From: Felis catus
Lineage: Eukaryota
Assembly (NCBI RefSeq): GCF_018350175.1
Contig: NC_058368.1
Span: 215,018,001-215,082,000 of the forward strand
Reading direction: 5' to 3'
DNA length: 64,000 bases
The notes beneath the pieces are model-generated. The model ran no database searches. It was not told the DNA's origin and saw nothing but the letters and a program-made list of their open reading frames with translations. Shown piece by piece: positions 23,985 through 36,803 of the stretch. The translations under genes were made by a program, and so were the position numbers. The stretch's first letter is position 1, and the number at the start of each line of letters is the position of its first letter.

Positions 23985-24168
23985 GGGGCACCTGGGTGGC
24001 TCAGTGGGTTAATCACCCAACTCTTGATTTTGGCTCAGATCATGATCTCATGGTTTGTCAGACTGAGCCCTGTGTCATGCTCTGTGGTGACAGAACTTGC
24101 TTGGGATTCTCTCTCCTTCTCCCTCTGCCCTCCCACCCACTGTCTCTCTCTCAAAAAAAAAAAAAAAA
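23985..24168 (+). mobile_element. CAN-SINE
   Basis: TSD AAAGAAACTA; pure A-tail. Confidence 0.92.
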
Positions 24169-24364
24169 GGACAAAGAAACTAAAACCATTTTAGCCCACA
24201 ACTGTGAGCCTACATCACCTCCTGTATGATCTTAGAACTCTTGGCTTTTGCCTCAGACATATCACTGACTCACTATCCCCTTATCATAGAGAAAGTCTCT
24301 CTGTCCTGGAAAGTTATAAGAATTAGGAAAACACTCATCATTCCTTCATATTGAAAGTCACATA

Positions 24365-24591
24365 TTTTTTAAAAAGTTTTAGTCTTTATTCATTTTTTGA
24401 GAGAGAGACAGAGAGACATGCAGAGAGCAAGTGAGGGAGGGGCAGCGAGAGAGGAAGACACAGAATCCCAAGCAGGGTCAAGGCTCTGAGCTGTCAGTGC
24501 AGATCCCCATGCAGGGCTGAAACCCATGAACCACGAGATCATGACCTGAGCTAAAGTCAGACGCTTCACCAACTGAGTCACCCAGGCACCC
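24365..24591 (-). mobile_element. CAN-SINE
   Basis: TSD GAAAG(T/C)CACAT. Confidence 0.92.
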
Positions 24592-25501
24592 AGAAAGCCA
24601 CATTTTTCTTAATGAGGGAGTTGGAAGAGGGCAGTGTAGGAAGCTGGAAGGCTTATTACCTTCTCTTTATGTGAATTTTTTTGCCAGATACCAAAGCATC
24701 AAACTTTTCTGGTCTGTCTTTTTTGCACACAACTTTCTATTTGGGGAGATCTAAAGTATACACCATCTCTCCTGACTTTGAACTAGCGTCACAGTAGTAA
24801 ATTCCAGGAATTAATTAGTACTTTCCGTGTGTCAGATCTTTATCAATGTCGGTTTTCCAAAGGTAATATTACTAATATCAACCTTCTGATATTTCAGCAA
24901 GATCCTACCTGTTACAAAATTATAACATAAGAGTATAAGGATTTAATTATTGATTTAAAAAAAATCTTAGATCTTGCTGTTCTATTTTCTTTTTGTATCC
25001 CATTGAGGATTAACTAATCTCTAGTGAGGTATGGTGCTATGGAATCTTTGGGTCCATTTTATAATTTCTACAGAACCAGAAAACTGCCTGCCAAACCATC
25101 TACCATTTGTTTATGGATCAATACAATTGTGTAGTACAATTGTTCTAGAGTTACTAGCAAACAAGGAAAAGGTGATGAGTCTAGTATTGATTGACTCATG
25201 TCACAAGCTCTCATGGAAGAAAAGAGTGCGAAAATTATACATGTGATATAAAAATAGAAGGGTCTGGAAGGACAAAAAAATCCATAAGCTTTATCTTTTT
25301 TTCCCTAAAGTATTGTCCAATAACTTTCTGAAAAACAATTAGTGTCTTGGCCACAAACACTAACTTACTGAGTCAAAATTAGGATAGAGATATATTTATA
25401 TGGCTAAGTATTTTACTAACACTTTGTAAATGGCAAGTAGGGAGTTGTGCACAATATGTAAGCAAAGAAATAAGTGGGGAATATAGAACAAACTCTAATA
25501 G

Positions 25502-25721
25502 TTTTCTTTTTCTTTTCTTTTTTTTACATTCATGTATTTTTGAGAGGCAGAGAGACAGAGCATAAGTGGGGAGGGGCAGAGAGAGAAGGAGACAGAATCC
25601 AAAGCAGGCTCCAGGTTGAGCTGTCAGCACAGAGCCCCACATGGGGCTCGAGCTCACAAACTGTGAGATCATGACCTGAGCCGAATTTCGACGCTTAACC
25701 AACTGAGCCACAAGGTGCCCC
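25502..25721 (-). mobile_element. CAN-SINE
   Basis: Ends GAGCCACAAGGTGCCCC; TSD TAGTTTT. Confidence 0.92.
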
Positions 25722-26936
25722 TAGTTTTTTTTTTGTTTTTTTTTGTTTTTTTTAATCTGTTTAACTAATGATCAAAATGACAGTCTGGCATAAAAAAAGA
25801 AACCTTCATACCTGTTTGCATCAAATCATAAGGATTATGCAAAAATTGATTTCCTTAAGCAGAAGAAATATTGATATTCATTTGGTAGCTGGACATTGTG
25901 CTTCCAGTTTGAAAACACTAATGATACAATCAGGCCTAAAGGAGACGCTGCAGGTGGGACTTGATAGATTTCTCGTTCATCTTGATTATCTTGCATAGCT
26001 CCAAAAAGCCTCAAGTTTTGCTTAGTTGAAAATGCCGCAAACTCCTCCCTTCCTCCAAACTTCTCGATAAGTCACAATGTGATGTGTGTAGTTTTCCAGG
26101 GTTCTACATTACTGACCCCTCCCTTCCTGAGTGGTCCCGTGCAGAGATACAATACCATGAACTTATAAAAGATTATGCCACATCCAGTGATTAAAAACAG
26201 AAAAAAGAGAATTGGCCCTGACTAATGTTTTGTGTTCATTAGTAAGTCTTTCTTTTCCACGAGGAGATTGTTAATTTTGTTCTTTTTTTTTCTCATGTAT
26301 AATGATTCACTTTTACCAGTACAATTCTTGATTTTCAACTGAAAGTAAAATTTCCCTATAGTTCAATCAAAGCAGGGGATCTCAAATTCCCTGGAAGACA
26401 GACTTTCTAGATTTGATCTCTGCAGCAGTAATGTGCAGAGTAAAAATATCATATTTCTAGCACACAAATGGTGATTTCACTAATTATTTAAATCCAACCT
26501 CCAGTTGGCGTACACCAGTATGCTCTGGAGATTCTGCTCCAACTTATTATTTGCAAACTATGCTCTCTTATGCCAGATAAAATTTGAAATGTCTCCATCA
26601 ATTTGAATTCAAATAAAGGATATCACTTTCTTTCTCTGATAAATATATTTTTATCACATTAGTATTTAAATATGGATTTAGTCTCTTAGCAAGATGGGAT
26701 GTGTGATAAAATGGAAGGGAAAAAAAGCAAAGATCTGGGAAGGATCTTTAGTTCCCTGAAGGAAGCAATCTCAATCTCATAGTTGGAAGCAAAAGAAAGA
26801 AGAAGTACAAATGTACTATTAATACTCCTGAACTACTGAAATACACAAACCGAAATATTAAGAACATGTACAATATGAATACATAAGTATTTTATACCGT
26901 ACACTGGAAAACTAGTTTGAATCAATATTCTAATAC

Positions 26937-27050
26937 AAATCTAATGGTCACTTTTGCCCCCGTCTTACATCATCAGGCTTTTTTGTTTAATTCTTATTTG
27001 ATGACATCAAAAAGATTTTATCTCACTACACACTGACTTTAACAAATTTC
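26937..27050 (+). repeat. 114-bp direct repeat, copy 1
   Basis: AAATCTAATGGTCACTTTT...TTTAACAAATTTC recurs at 28075-28188 with 3 substitutions. Confidence 0.97.
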
Positions 27051-27886
27051 ATGCAAACTTAGTAAAACTTGCACCTACTGCACAGAACGTTTAATGTTGC
27101 TCTCTCTTGAGTTGAAGCATCTAATTATAGATACAGGGTTTCCAATAAATACTCTAGGAAACTGGCCACAATACAGAGAACATTTTAAAATCTATGTATA
27201 TTGCGTTATTGTCAGTGAATGTGTACGTGTGTTTGAGATGAGAGTGAAGACACGGACTGTGAGAGGGCCTCCGTGTCAGCCTGTACAACTACTACTACTT
27301 GATATCATTAGAGTTGCTTCATCATTATACATTCATTGTTTCAACTGAGCTCCTCAATCCCTACATTAGCATAGACATGCTGATGGCATGGCATTTATGC
27401 TCCTACACGATTGCTTAATCCTATTTCTTGACAACCAATATACCCTCTTTCAATAATGCCCCAGCTAACATTAGGGGATGTGCTAGCGCATTCATAGATT
27501 TCCCTTGTTGCCCTGACTGCTTCTTGGTCTCTGGTCAGCAGTCACCTGCACCATTTCTCCTCCCTTTCCCCTGTTCTGATGACTGCTCTCTTCCACGGTG
27601 TAACAATTTGAGTTCTGGACAACCCTGTTGTTCTTGGATGATCCTGACACTGAGTAGAGCAGCATTTCCTTGATATTTTGCCAAATAGGTGGGAAAAGTT
27701 TTAAAATGTCAACTTCTGGACCTGTTGGAAATCCAATCACTCTGTGAGGAGGAAGCCTCTTTGTTGGTTAAGAGAATGATATCTGAGTGCTGAGAGAGCT
27801 CCAGTCCCCATTATTATTGAGTCCCAGTGGCTACACCACACTCACTTCTGTTAGATTTTTCAGTCTTTCCATCAATTATGTAATGC

Positions 27887-28074
27887 AATATATATATGTT
27901 ATATATATGTATATATTGCAGTATATATATAATATTTATATATAACATATATATTACATAATATATAGAATATATATTATGTAATATATAATATATATTA
28001 TGTAATAATATGTTATATGTTATATATAAATATTATATATATATACTGCATAATTATATATATAAATATAATAA
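27887..28074. repeat. AT-rich low-complexity tract containing a palindrome (27917-28050)
   Basis: TGCAGTATATATATAATATTTATATATAACATAT ... ATATGTTATATATAAATATTATATATATATACTGCA. Confidence 0.93.
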
Positions 28075-28188
28075 AAATCTAATGGTCACTTTTACCCCTG
28101 TCTTACATCATCAGGCTTTTTTGTTTAATTCTTATTTGATGACATCAAAAAGATTTTATCTCACTACACCCTGACTTTAACAAATTTC
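28075..28188 (+). repeat. 114-bp direct repeat, copy 2
   Basis: Copy of 26937-27050, embedded in the TA tract. Confidence 0.97.
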
Positions 28189-28341
28189 CCTGATTATATA
28201 TATAATATTTTGGTCCAAACTGGTCTGAATTAGATTTTAATAAATTAAAAATAAACTAACATGGCTGTTTTCAGCCAGATGCTAAATAAACTGTGTGTTG
28301 ATAGGGAACAAGTATTCTTACTGTACCAAAGAGTGAGAAGG

Positions 28342-28376
<35 letters not shown>
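28342..28376. repeat. (GTT)n microsatellite
   Basis: Direct reading. Confidence 0.95.
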
Positions 28377-28377
<1 letters not shown>

Positions 28378-29327
28378 GTTTCGGGGCCTTACAAGAGCAA
28401 TAACAAAACAAAATTAGTAAAATTGAGGCACTATAGGAAATTGCTTAAAAACTTTTAACTTTAGTTAATATAAACTGAAAAAGAAGCAATAAAAATATTC
28501 AAGTACAGACACAAAACATCTCAGGTATAGATTATCTAACATGTTTGATTAGATCATTTATTCATCTATAGAATAGGAATGGAGACATACTAAATGCGGA
28601 TAATGTCCCAGACACTAAGGGTACATAATATGAGGAGATATGATTGTTTGGAGGCAAATGAGTGAGGGTAAAAGCTGGAAAATACAACAGAAAGATATTG
28701 TATAAGTCCAAATAGAATGAATGCAGAAGTCAAGTAAAAAACACTGATGACACATTTAGGATTTAGTTTACAGAAATGCTGATGAATTAGGCATGCATGA
28801 AGTCATCAAGAGAGGGGACGTGATTTTGTTGCAGATTTTTTGTCTCTATGCCTGAATTTGCTGCAACTTCTCAAGTTCCTTTTGGCTTTCCTTCTCAACT
28901 ATGTAGACTTCATGCATTATGTTTCTTTTGTTTTATTGATTTCTGTAATTGTAACTGCAGAAATCTGCACAAAGTCCTTTATTTCCTACAAACAACAACT
29001 TAGCCCTACTATGCATTAGGCTGTGTTGGGTAGTTAGGTTGTAAAATTAGGTAACCCTTGATGGTTAGGTTTTCAATAGGATAGTGATAAATGGGAAGGT
29101 AGTCATTTAAGCAAAAACAGTGGAACGTAGTCATAGAAGAATTGTAATAAAAGAATGTTTGCATGCTATGGGGAAAGGACATAGGGAAGATGGTGAGTTC
29201 CAATTAGTGTGGGGGCTGTAGAATGATCCCATGGTGGAAAACCAAGGTGAATGGTGCAAGTTTTGAAAAAGTGGAGGGAAGACGCTTCCAGATAGAAGCT
29301 CCATATGATTAAAGATTTATTGACATA

Positions 29328-29552
29328 GGGGCGCCTGGGTAGCTCAGTCAGTTGAGTGTCTAACTTCGGCTCAGGTCACTATCTCACGGTTCGTGAGTTT
29401 GCGCCCTGCATTAGGCTGTGTGCTGACAGTTCAGGGCCTAGAGCCTGCTTTGGATTCTGTGTCTCCCTCCCTCTCTGCTCCTCCTCTGCTCACACCCTGT
29501 CTCTCTCTCAAAAATAAATACAGATTTAAAAAAAAAATTTAAATTAAAAAAA
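29328..29552 (+). mobile_element. CAN-SINE
   Basis: TSD TTGACATA. Confidence 0.93.
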
Positions 29553-29799
29553 ACATGTGTTGACATAAAAGGGACTGTTAGATCCAGCAAATCTCCCACA
29601 GGTCAGTGAAAATGGAGTAGGTTAAGAAAGAATGACAAGAAAGCAGGATAAAACACAAAACTAAAGTTTGTGCTTTCTCAGGTGAATATTGAAGGCCATT
29701 AGAGCAAAATGCTTTGTCTTCATCTTCTTCATTGACCTTCTTCTTATTCCATCTATTCTTGAGTTGTTACTAGAGTTGGTAACTGTCCCAAACCTTTTA

Positions 29800-29960
29800 T
29801 TTACTTTCTCTCAATTATTCCTTGCAACAGCACAACAGAGGATATTATTTTTCCCATTCTAAAAACAATACATTTGTGGCTATATAACAAGCTGAGGGCC
29901 ACACAGCTAAGAAGTGGCAATGATGGGTTTAAAATCCAGGAATATTTTCCCACAACAAAT
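29800..29960. mobile_element. MIR fragment
   Basis: ATTATTTTTCCCATT...GGCCACACAGCTAAGAAGTGGCAATGATGGGTTTAAAATCCAGG. Confidence 0.5.
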
Positions 29961-30309
29961 TCTTGCCCACAAATTTTTTGCCCAAAAAATATCACTTCAT
30001 TTAATTCACTTCTCCCTTCAATCTTTTTCCCATCCCTTTCCTACACACACTTCAAAAAGTAACCTGCACTTCCTTATTGCTTATGTTCTGTTCAATCCAA
30101 TGTTGATTAAATATTTTACTCATTCTATCATTGATAAAATAACACTTACTAATAACTCATTTCGTAGCACACCTATCTATCACTGTTTGCCTCTAAACCC
30201 ATTCTTTATAAAAAGTAAACCATTTGTGTTATAACATCGGTAAACTAATTACTCAAAAGGTATGTTTCATTGGATTTTCTGTATTTCATTCCGGTGGTCT
30301 CTTTATATT

Positions 30310-30440
30310 TGCCTTCCCTGCTAGACTATCTGCTCCTGAAAGAGGGAACCATGTTTATTTATTTTTTCTTAAATTTCAAGTTTTTGCTAGCATGGTGCCC
30401 AACATATCCTAAATATTCACCCAATACTCATTGGTCTAAT
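30310..30440 (+). mobile_element. L2 3' end fragment
   Basis: CTAGACTATCTGCTCCTGAAAGAGGGAACCATG...CTAGCATGGTGCCCAACATA. Confidence 0.55.
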
Positions 30441-32469
30441 AAAAGAGAAAAAGAAAGAATGGTATCTATCATTGCCCACATTTTGAAAAGAATCTGTATA
30501 TATTCTTGAATTCACTTTTAAACCACCAGCCTATTAGTGCACTGACCCTGTTTAATTTAATTTTGTACCCCAGTCACCTGCTACAGTTGCTCAACAAACA
30601 TCAGTTAAATTAAAATTAAATTAATGAAAGAAGAAATGAAGATGAATGTAATTTGCATTTTATAAATGTGACTTGAGTATTTTTATAGCAGAATCATTTT
30701 ATGGGCCTGAAATCAGAGATTACTTTTAGATTGGTTACCGAACCATTTATGAAGTTGGAAAAAGCAAATCATGAAAAGTCAAGAGCTTTAGCATGACAAG
30801 AATGTGAATGTGTTCTCGTAGTACCCTGTGTAAGTGCCTGTAAATCCTATCTCTGCTTGAACTGGGAGAGACTTTGTAGTCCTAATAATTAGATAGAAGA
30901 CACCCATTAAAAATATATTAGTCATTGACATGGAGAAAAAAATACGAAAAATACAGCAAATTAAGAAACTAGAATTCATGATCAGTGTGGAAAAGAGAAG
31001 TCCAGAAGATAAGGACATGAAACCATATATGTGTTAACATAAAATTCTAAGCAGCCCATCCTTAAAAGTCCTGCAAATATTTTGAAAAGATCAGATCAAA
31101 CTCTTTGTTTGCAATTTAACCCAAAATAGAGAAATAAAATAAAATACTAAATCTCATCTATACTACCCACAGAACAATAACAAGAACAATAACCAATACA
31201 CAAATCATAGATTAAAATTATATAGAACACTCTGTGTAGACAGGACAATAAAGAAATAAGCCAAAAGAGGAATTTGTGTAGGAGTAGAACTTCAAACACA
31301 TTCTCACAGGGGAATGTTTTTTCCCCTAGAAGAGTGATGAGTGAGTGACCAAGAGTGAATTCAGTTTTTTGTTAATTCAAAGTTTAAAAGAAGCCAAAAT
31401 TTATTATATTGTTGGAACTTACTTGGTTGTCCAAATTCAATCACACTGTAGTTTCTTCATTCTATATGGAAATGTAAGTGTGTGTGTGTGCGCGCGTGTG
31501 TGTGCATGTGTATAAACCGAATACAGTTAATATTCTGTTTAATATGTAACAGAGGAGAGAAAATAGAACTTTCGTAAGGAAAATATAATAATGAAGGAAA
31601 GTATAGAGATTCCAATGTATATTACCACCTTTACATTTTCACAGCACAGAAAATACTATATCAAAATGACTAAATTATATTTTAAGGAAGATAATTAGCA
31701 AAAGAAGATTATTGTATTTAATAATTAGTTTTCTTCACATAGACAAAAAGTTTTGGCCACAGAAAGTATCATTAACCACAAATAATAGAATGTTCTTATA
31801 ATTTCTCCTGCTGAATGACTTTGTTAATTTAGCACTTTATGGATTTCATTATTGGAATCAAATATAAAGAACAGTCTCTGATATATTTATTGTGTTTTGG
31901 GGAAATGAAAGTTACTTTAAAAAAATCTCTTCAAGTAAGTTGTAGAATTTTGTAGTAATTTTAGCTGCGCTATATCTCTAGTTCTTGCTGGCCTGTCACA
32001 GACCTGAAGTTAAATAAATCCCAAATGACTGGAGCCCTGCAGGCCCATCCCACAGAAACGATGGTAAGATGTATCTATTAATCATATGAGTCCAATTCTG
32101 CTTCAGGTATTATGTGGCAGGTGTATGTCAGCAGACCAAAAGCATCCGGCCGACAAGATGCCTTTTAAAATTAAAATGTATTTTTCTTTTTCTTTGAGAC
32201 TGAATGCAATGTTGTAATTTACTGAATGCAAACTTGAATTCTTATCAAATAGTCAACATTTCTTTTAGTCAAACTAATTTTTACTTTTTCCCCCAAACAT
32301 GATGGGAGTAACAATAATCAGTGTAAATTGAAAAGCCCTGGGGCTCTCTATTTTTTAAAAAAAATTATGTGGGTCTCCAAGATCAGCAATAGTGATGTAG
32401 CTCCAGTTTTTAAAATAATTCATCAGAACAATATACACCAGGGGAAGTCGCTGATCTTCTTTCCATAAT

Positions 32470-33120
32470 AATAGTTAAGAGCTCATATATGAAGACTTTT
32501 AAACTTTGAAAGAATTTTTCCATAAATTTCTCATCTGCACCCCAAAAAGTCCTGTAGACAGGATGGGAAGATATTATGTTTATCACTTTTACAGAAGGGA
32601 CCTGGGACTTACGTCAGTTAAGGGATATGCCAAGTAGTATGGTCAGCCAGTGGTACACCATGACCTGAAACCTGCATCTTGTTTTCATGTTCCTCCCCTG
32701 CTCACTCTGTCTCTGTCTCTGTCTCTGTCTTTCAAAAAATTAAATTAACATTAAAAAAGTTTTTTAAGTACATGGAGGAAATTTTGAAGAGCTGAGGTAA
32801 GAGGAAACCATGTAAGAATTGCTGTTCACAAAAGTTAGAAAATTTAGTAGGGAAATACAGTACATATATGTTTGTAGGGAGATAGCAGAGGTTCTGAAAT
32901 GAATATTCCTGGTTGTATCCTTGTTCTACCACTTAGCAAATGTCTGACCCTGGGTTAGAATTCTTAGGCCTCAGTTTCTTAATCAATCAAACAGGGAGGA
33001 AAAAATATTACCTATATCAGAGGGTGTTCTGAGGAGTCAAAGAGCTATCCCTCTCCCCCACAACACACACACTTTAGAATAGTTCCTGACATATATGATG
33101 TGCTTAAAAGATATTTATAA
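32470..33120. mobile_element. Two MIR fragments flanking a 5'-truncated CAN-SINE tail (32690-32765)
   Basis: MIR core-like TTTTACAGAAGGGACCTGGG...GTTAAGGG and CTTAGGCCTCAGTTTCTTAATC; SINE tail CCTCCCCTGCTCACTCTGTCTC...TCAAAAAATTAAATTAACATTAAAAAA. Confidence 0.55.
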
Positions 33121-33244
33121 TTATTACAGTTTTTAGTGTAATAATGCTTAGTATTTCCACTTATTTTTTTATGTTCTAAAACACTTCCAGACTCACTATT
33201 TGATTTAATGTGAATGCCTAGAAAAATGGAGGTGAAGTTAGTGT

Positions 33245-33667
33245 TCTTCAGAGATGCGAGGAAGAGTTGATATTAGACTATCAAGTTGAAAGTTCAGTCT
33301 AGAGGCAGAATTCCTTCCTCAAAGGCCCTCAGGTTTTCTCTTAAGACTTTAACTGATTGGATGAGGCCCACCCATATGGTGGGGGGGTTAATCTGCTTTA
33401 TTCAAAGTCTGATGATTAAAATGTTAATAAAATCTGAAACATACCTTCACAGGAACATCTATTTATTGATTGGTTAATTGATTTTGAGAGAGCGAGAGGA
33501 GGTGTGTGAGTGGGGGAGGGGCAGAGAGAGAGGGAGAGAGGGAGAGAGAGAACCTAGGCAGGCTCCCTGCTGTCAGTGCAGAGCCCCATGGTAACATCTA
33601 GACTTGTGTTTGACCAAAACCACATACCATGGCCTAGCCAAGTTGACAAGTAAAATTAATCATCACA
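33245..33667 (-). mobile_element. ERVL MLT2-type LTR, interrupted by a SINE
   Basis: CTGATTGGATGAGGCCCACCCA...GTGTTTGACCAAA...GCCTAGCCAAGTTGACAAGTAAAATTAATCATCACA (reverse of the MLT2 start TGTGATGGTTAATTTT). Confidence 0.8.
33462..33592 (-). mobile_element. 5'-truncated CAN-SINE inside MLT2
   Basis: Tail plus 3' half only; TSD AACATCTA on both sides. Confidence 0.85.
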
Positions 33668-34082
33668 TGGTATAACCAGAAATGAGGCTAGACTCTCCGC
33701 CTTCAGCTCTTATTCTTTTGCTCTTCCCTACGCATTTCTAGAAAGCCAAATTGGTATGCAAATTTGGGCTTTCCTATCATTTCACAAAAACGCTGCTAAC
33801 AAATTTTTTTTCACCTTGACAAAATTCTAAGAAATCTATCAGAGAAGGTCAACGTCATGTGGAAAGGATTTGGAAATTAAAACAGATGACACACACAAAT
33901 AACTACTAACAAGGAACCATTATTGATATGCAATTCTCATCTCAAACTTAAAATTTTTAGGGCTATTCATTCTATATTATAGACAAGGAAGTGGATTTTA
34001 GGAGAGGTATGATACATGCTCTCAAGCACACATGGTAAGTCCAAGATTCAAATGCAACAATCTGATTTCAGAGTCTAAGCTC

Positions 34083-34282
34083 TATTTTATATATATTTTT
34101 GAGAGAAAGAGAGAGTATGAGCAGGGGACGTTGCAGAGAGAGAGGGAGACACAGAATCAGAAACAGGCTCCAGGCTCTGAGCTGTCAGCACAGAGCCCGA
34201 CATGGGGCTCAAACCCACACGCTGTGAGATCATGACCTTAGCCGAAGTCAGAAGCTCAACCGACTGAGCCACCCAGGCGTCC
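34083..34282 (-). mobile_element. CAN-SINE
   Basis: Ends CCACCCAGGCGTCC. Confidence 0.93.
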
Positions 34283-34439
34283 TTCCTTCATGTACTCTAA
34301 TCTAAGCAGATGGACTTTTTAACAGGTCTACAGCGAAAATCATAAGCATAGAAGCAATAGAAAGACATTCCACAAGTTCCCTACAGCCTATCAAACAGGA
34401 CACCTGTACTTTCTTCCCTCCTATAACCAAGCATATACT

Positions 34440-35610
34440 GTCAGGCCTGTATTTCCAGGCAACCCCTCCAGTATTGACAGCAAATTAAACTAGAAATTAC
34501 AGTGATATTCCTTCCCTCCCCATATTCCGCATCACCACCATTTCCAGATATACAAATAGTTTCCCTAAACAAACACATTTGCTGACATTTTCCATCTGGA
34601 AATAATAATAAAACACTCCCTTCACAGCACATACTATTCTAGCTACTGTCCAAATCCTCTTTTTCTCTTTATAGCAAAACGATTTTAAAAGTTGTTTAGG
34701 GGTGCCTGTGTGGCTCAGTCGGTTAAGCATCTGACTCTTGGTTTCAGCTAAGGTCATAATCTCATGGTTTCGTGACTTTGAGCCCTGGATCAGGCTCTGC
34801 GCACTGACCATGTGGAGACTGCTTGGGATTCACTCTCTCCCTCTCTTTCTGCCCCTACTCTGCTCACAGGGTCTCTGTCTCTCTCAAAACAAAACAAACA
34901 AAACAAAAAGTCGTTTAAATTAGCTGTCTCCACTTCTCCTTCCATGTTCCACTGAGCCCATTCCACTATGTTTTTCCCTTCATTTCCTCCCTATCCCTAC
35001 TCCCCCCACTCCCCCCACCCACAGTCTTTTCTCCACACAGCATCCAGAAAGAGCCTTTTAAAATGTAACTCAGGTTGTATTACTCCTCTTCTAGAAATCC
35101 CGCACCCTTAAAGTAAAAGCCAGGATGTTAGCATGGCCCACTTGGTTGGCCCACTTGTGATCTGGCTGTTTTCTTCCTCTGTCTGGCTCACTGTCCTCCA
35201 GCCATATTCACCTCCTTACTGCTTCCCAAAGACACCAACCATATTCTGACCACGAGAATTTATATTTGCTGTTTACTCTGCCTTGAATCTTTTTCAGCCA
35301 GTTATTTTCATGGCTAACTCCTTTCTTTCTGCTCTCTGCTCAAAGTTGACCTCATCCAAAATGTCTTTCTTTCCTTACCACTTATCCTAAATAACAGTCT
35401 TCACCCCTCCCTCACAACTCCTGTCCCCTAAACCACTTCACTTCCTCCATAGGGCTCATAACCATGGGCCAAATCATATACTTATTATTTATTTGCTTAT
35501 TGTGCTTCTCATACATTTTACAAGCTCTATAAGGAGCTTGACACTTTTTGTTACTACTCTAATCCCAGTACCTAGAATGAGAAGTAGCAGCCAAGTATTT
35601 CTTGACTAGA
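34440..35610 (+). mobile_element. L2 fragments (interrupted by a SINE)
   Basis: CCACACAGCATCCAGAAAGAGCCTTTTAAAATGTAACTCAG...TTTGCTGTTTACTCTGCCTTGAAT...TCCCAGTACCTAGAA. Confidence 0.6.
34699..34905 (+). mobile_element. CAN-SINE
   Basis: TSD AAAAGT(T/C)GTTTA. Confidence 0.92.
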
Positions 35611-36037
35611 AAAGTGGATGTATGATTCCCATAGCTTGTTCCATGATTCCTGTCAATATGCACAAATCCTGATATTCTTATACAAATATCTCCTCCTGCT
35701 TCAAGAACATTCTACGTGCTATGTTCTCCGCCCTATCCCCAGTCCCATTGACCTTTTTCTCCTTCATGAAGTCTCCCCGTGGTGAGATTCTGCATATGTC
35801 AGCTTTTTAAGGTGACAATCAGTGAGAGTTCTTTCTCAATAGCCTCCTAACGCAGTAAAACCACTGTATTCTTTCTGTAGCCCTTGCAATCATTTTATTC
35901 ACTTGTATGATCACTGTTTTTTTTGTTTGCTTTATTTTTCTATGACGTCAAAGGCCGTGACTTGCTCTGTAAGCACCTATAATTGCATTGATTTTTCTCT
36001 ATTTTTGCTTGTGTTCAATTTCCTTGATTTTTGGTCT

Positions 36038-36278
36038 TAATATATATTATATATTTATATGTGTTAATATGTATTATTAATATATATTACATATAATACA
36101 TATATTACAATACATATAAATATATACATAATGCATATATTATAATACATAATACATATATAATACAATATAATATATGTAATATATTGTATTACATATA
36201 ATCAATACATTATTAACATTAATGTGTATATAATATGTATTATATACATTAATGCATACATGTGTGTGTGTATATATA

Positions 36279-36313
<35 letters not shown>
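36038..36313. repeat. AT-rich low-complexity / (TA)n tract
   Basis: Direct reading. Confidence 0.95.
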
Positions 36314-36472
36314 GCTTGATTTGGATTGAGTTTATTCTTCTTTTATTAGTTTCTTAAGATGAAATCTTAGACCACTGACTTGAGAACTTTCTTCATTTCT
36401 AATATGGGAATTTACTGGTATGCGGTTTTATATTACCACCTCTTTAACCCAAAGTCCCACAAATTTTGGTAT

Positions 36473-36803
36473 ACAACTGATCCCTGAGTAACACAGGTTT
36501 GAACTGTGTGGTCCACTTATACACTGGTTTTCTTCAATAAATACAGTACAGTAATGTATTTTCTCTTCCCTATGATTTTCTTGCTAACATTTTCTTTTCT
36601 CTAGCTCACTTTATTCTAAGAACACAGTATATAATACATATACAGAAATTATGTGTTACTTGCTTGTTAATGTTATTGGTATGGCTTCCAGTCAACAGTA
36701 AGCTATGAGTACTAAATTTTTGGAAAGTCAAAAGTGATAAGTGGATTTTGTACTGCACAGGGGCTCAGTACCTTTAATCCCCATGTTATTCAAGAGCTTC
36801 TTG
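36473..36803. mobile_element. Tigger3a/MER7-type MITE
   Basis: TA+CAACTGATCCCTGAGTAACACAGGTTTGAACTGTGTGGTCCACTTATA...CCCCATGTTATTCAAGAG; ~330 bp. Confidence 0.75.

Larger units (their letters stand above)
27258..28262 (+). mobile_element. Possible old ERVL-type solo LTR (LTR16/LTR33-like), interrupted by a TA expansion
   Basis: Higher-GC block; the end TTTGGTCCAAACTGGTCTGAATTAGATTTT...AACTAAC loosely resembles ERVL LTR 3' ends. Confidence 0.3.

Noticed and set aside
32001..32063. Possible + strand micro-exon (TCACAG ... ATG|GTAAGA), open in one frame
   Set aside because: The polypyrimidine tract is weak, the peptide is unrecognised, and there are no partner exons.
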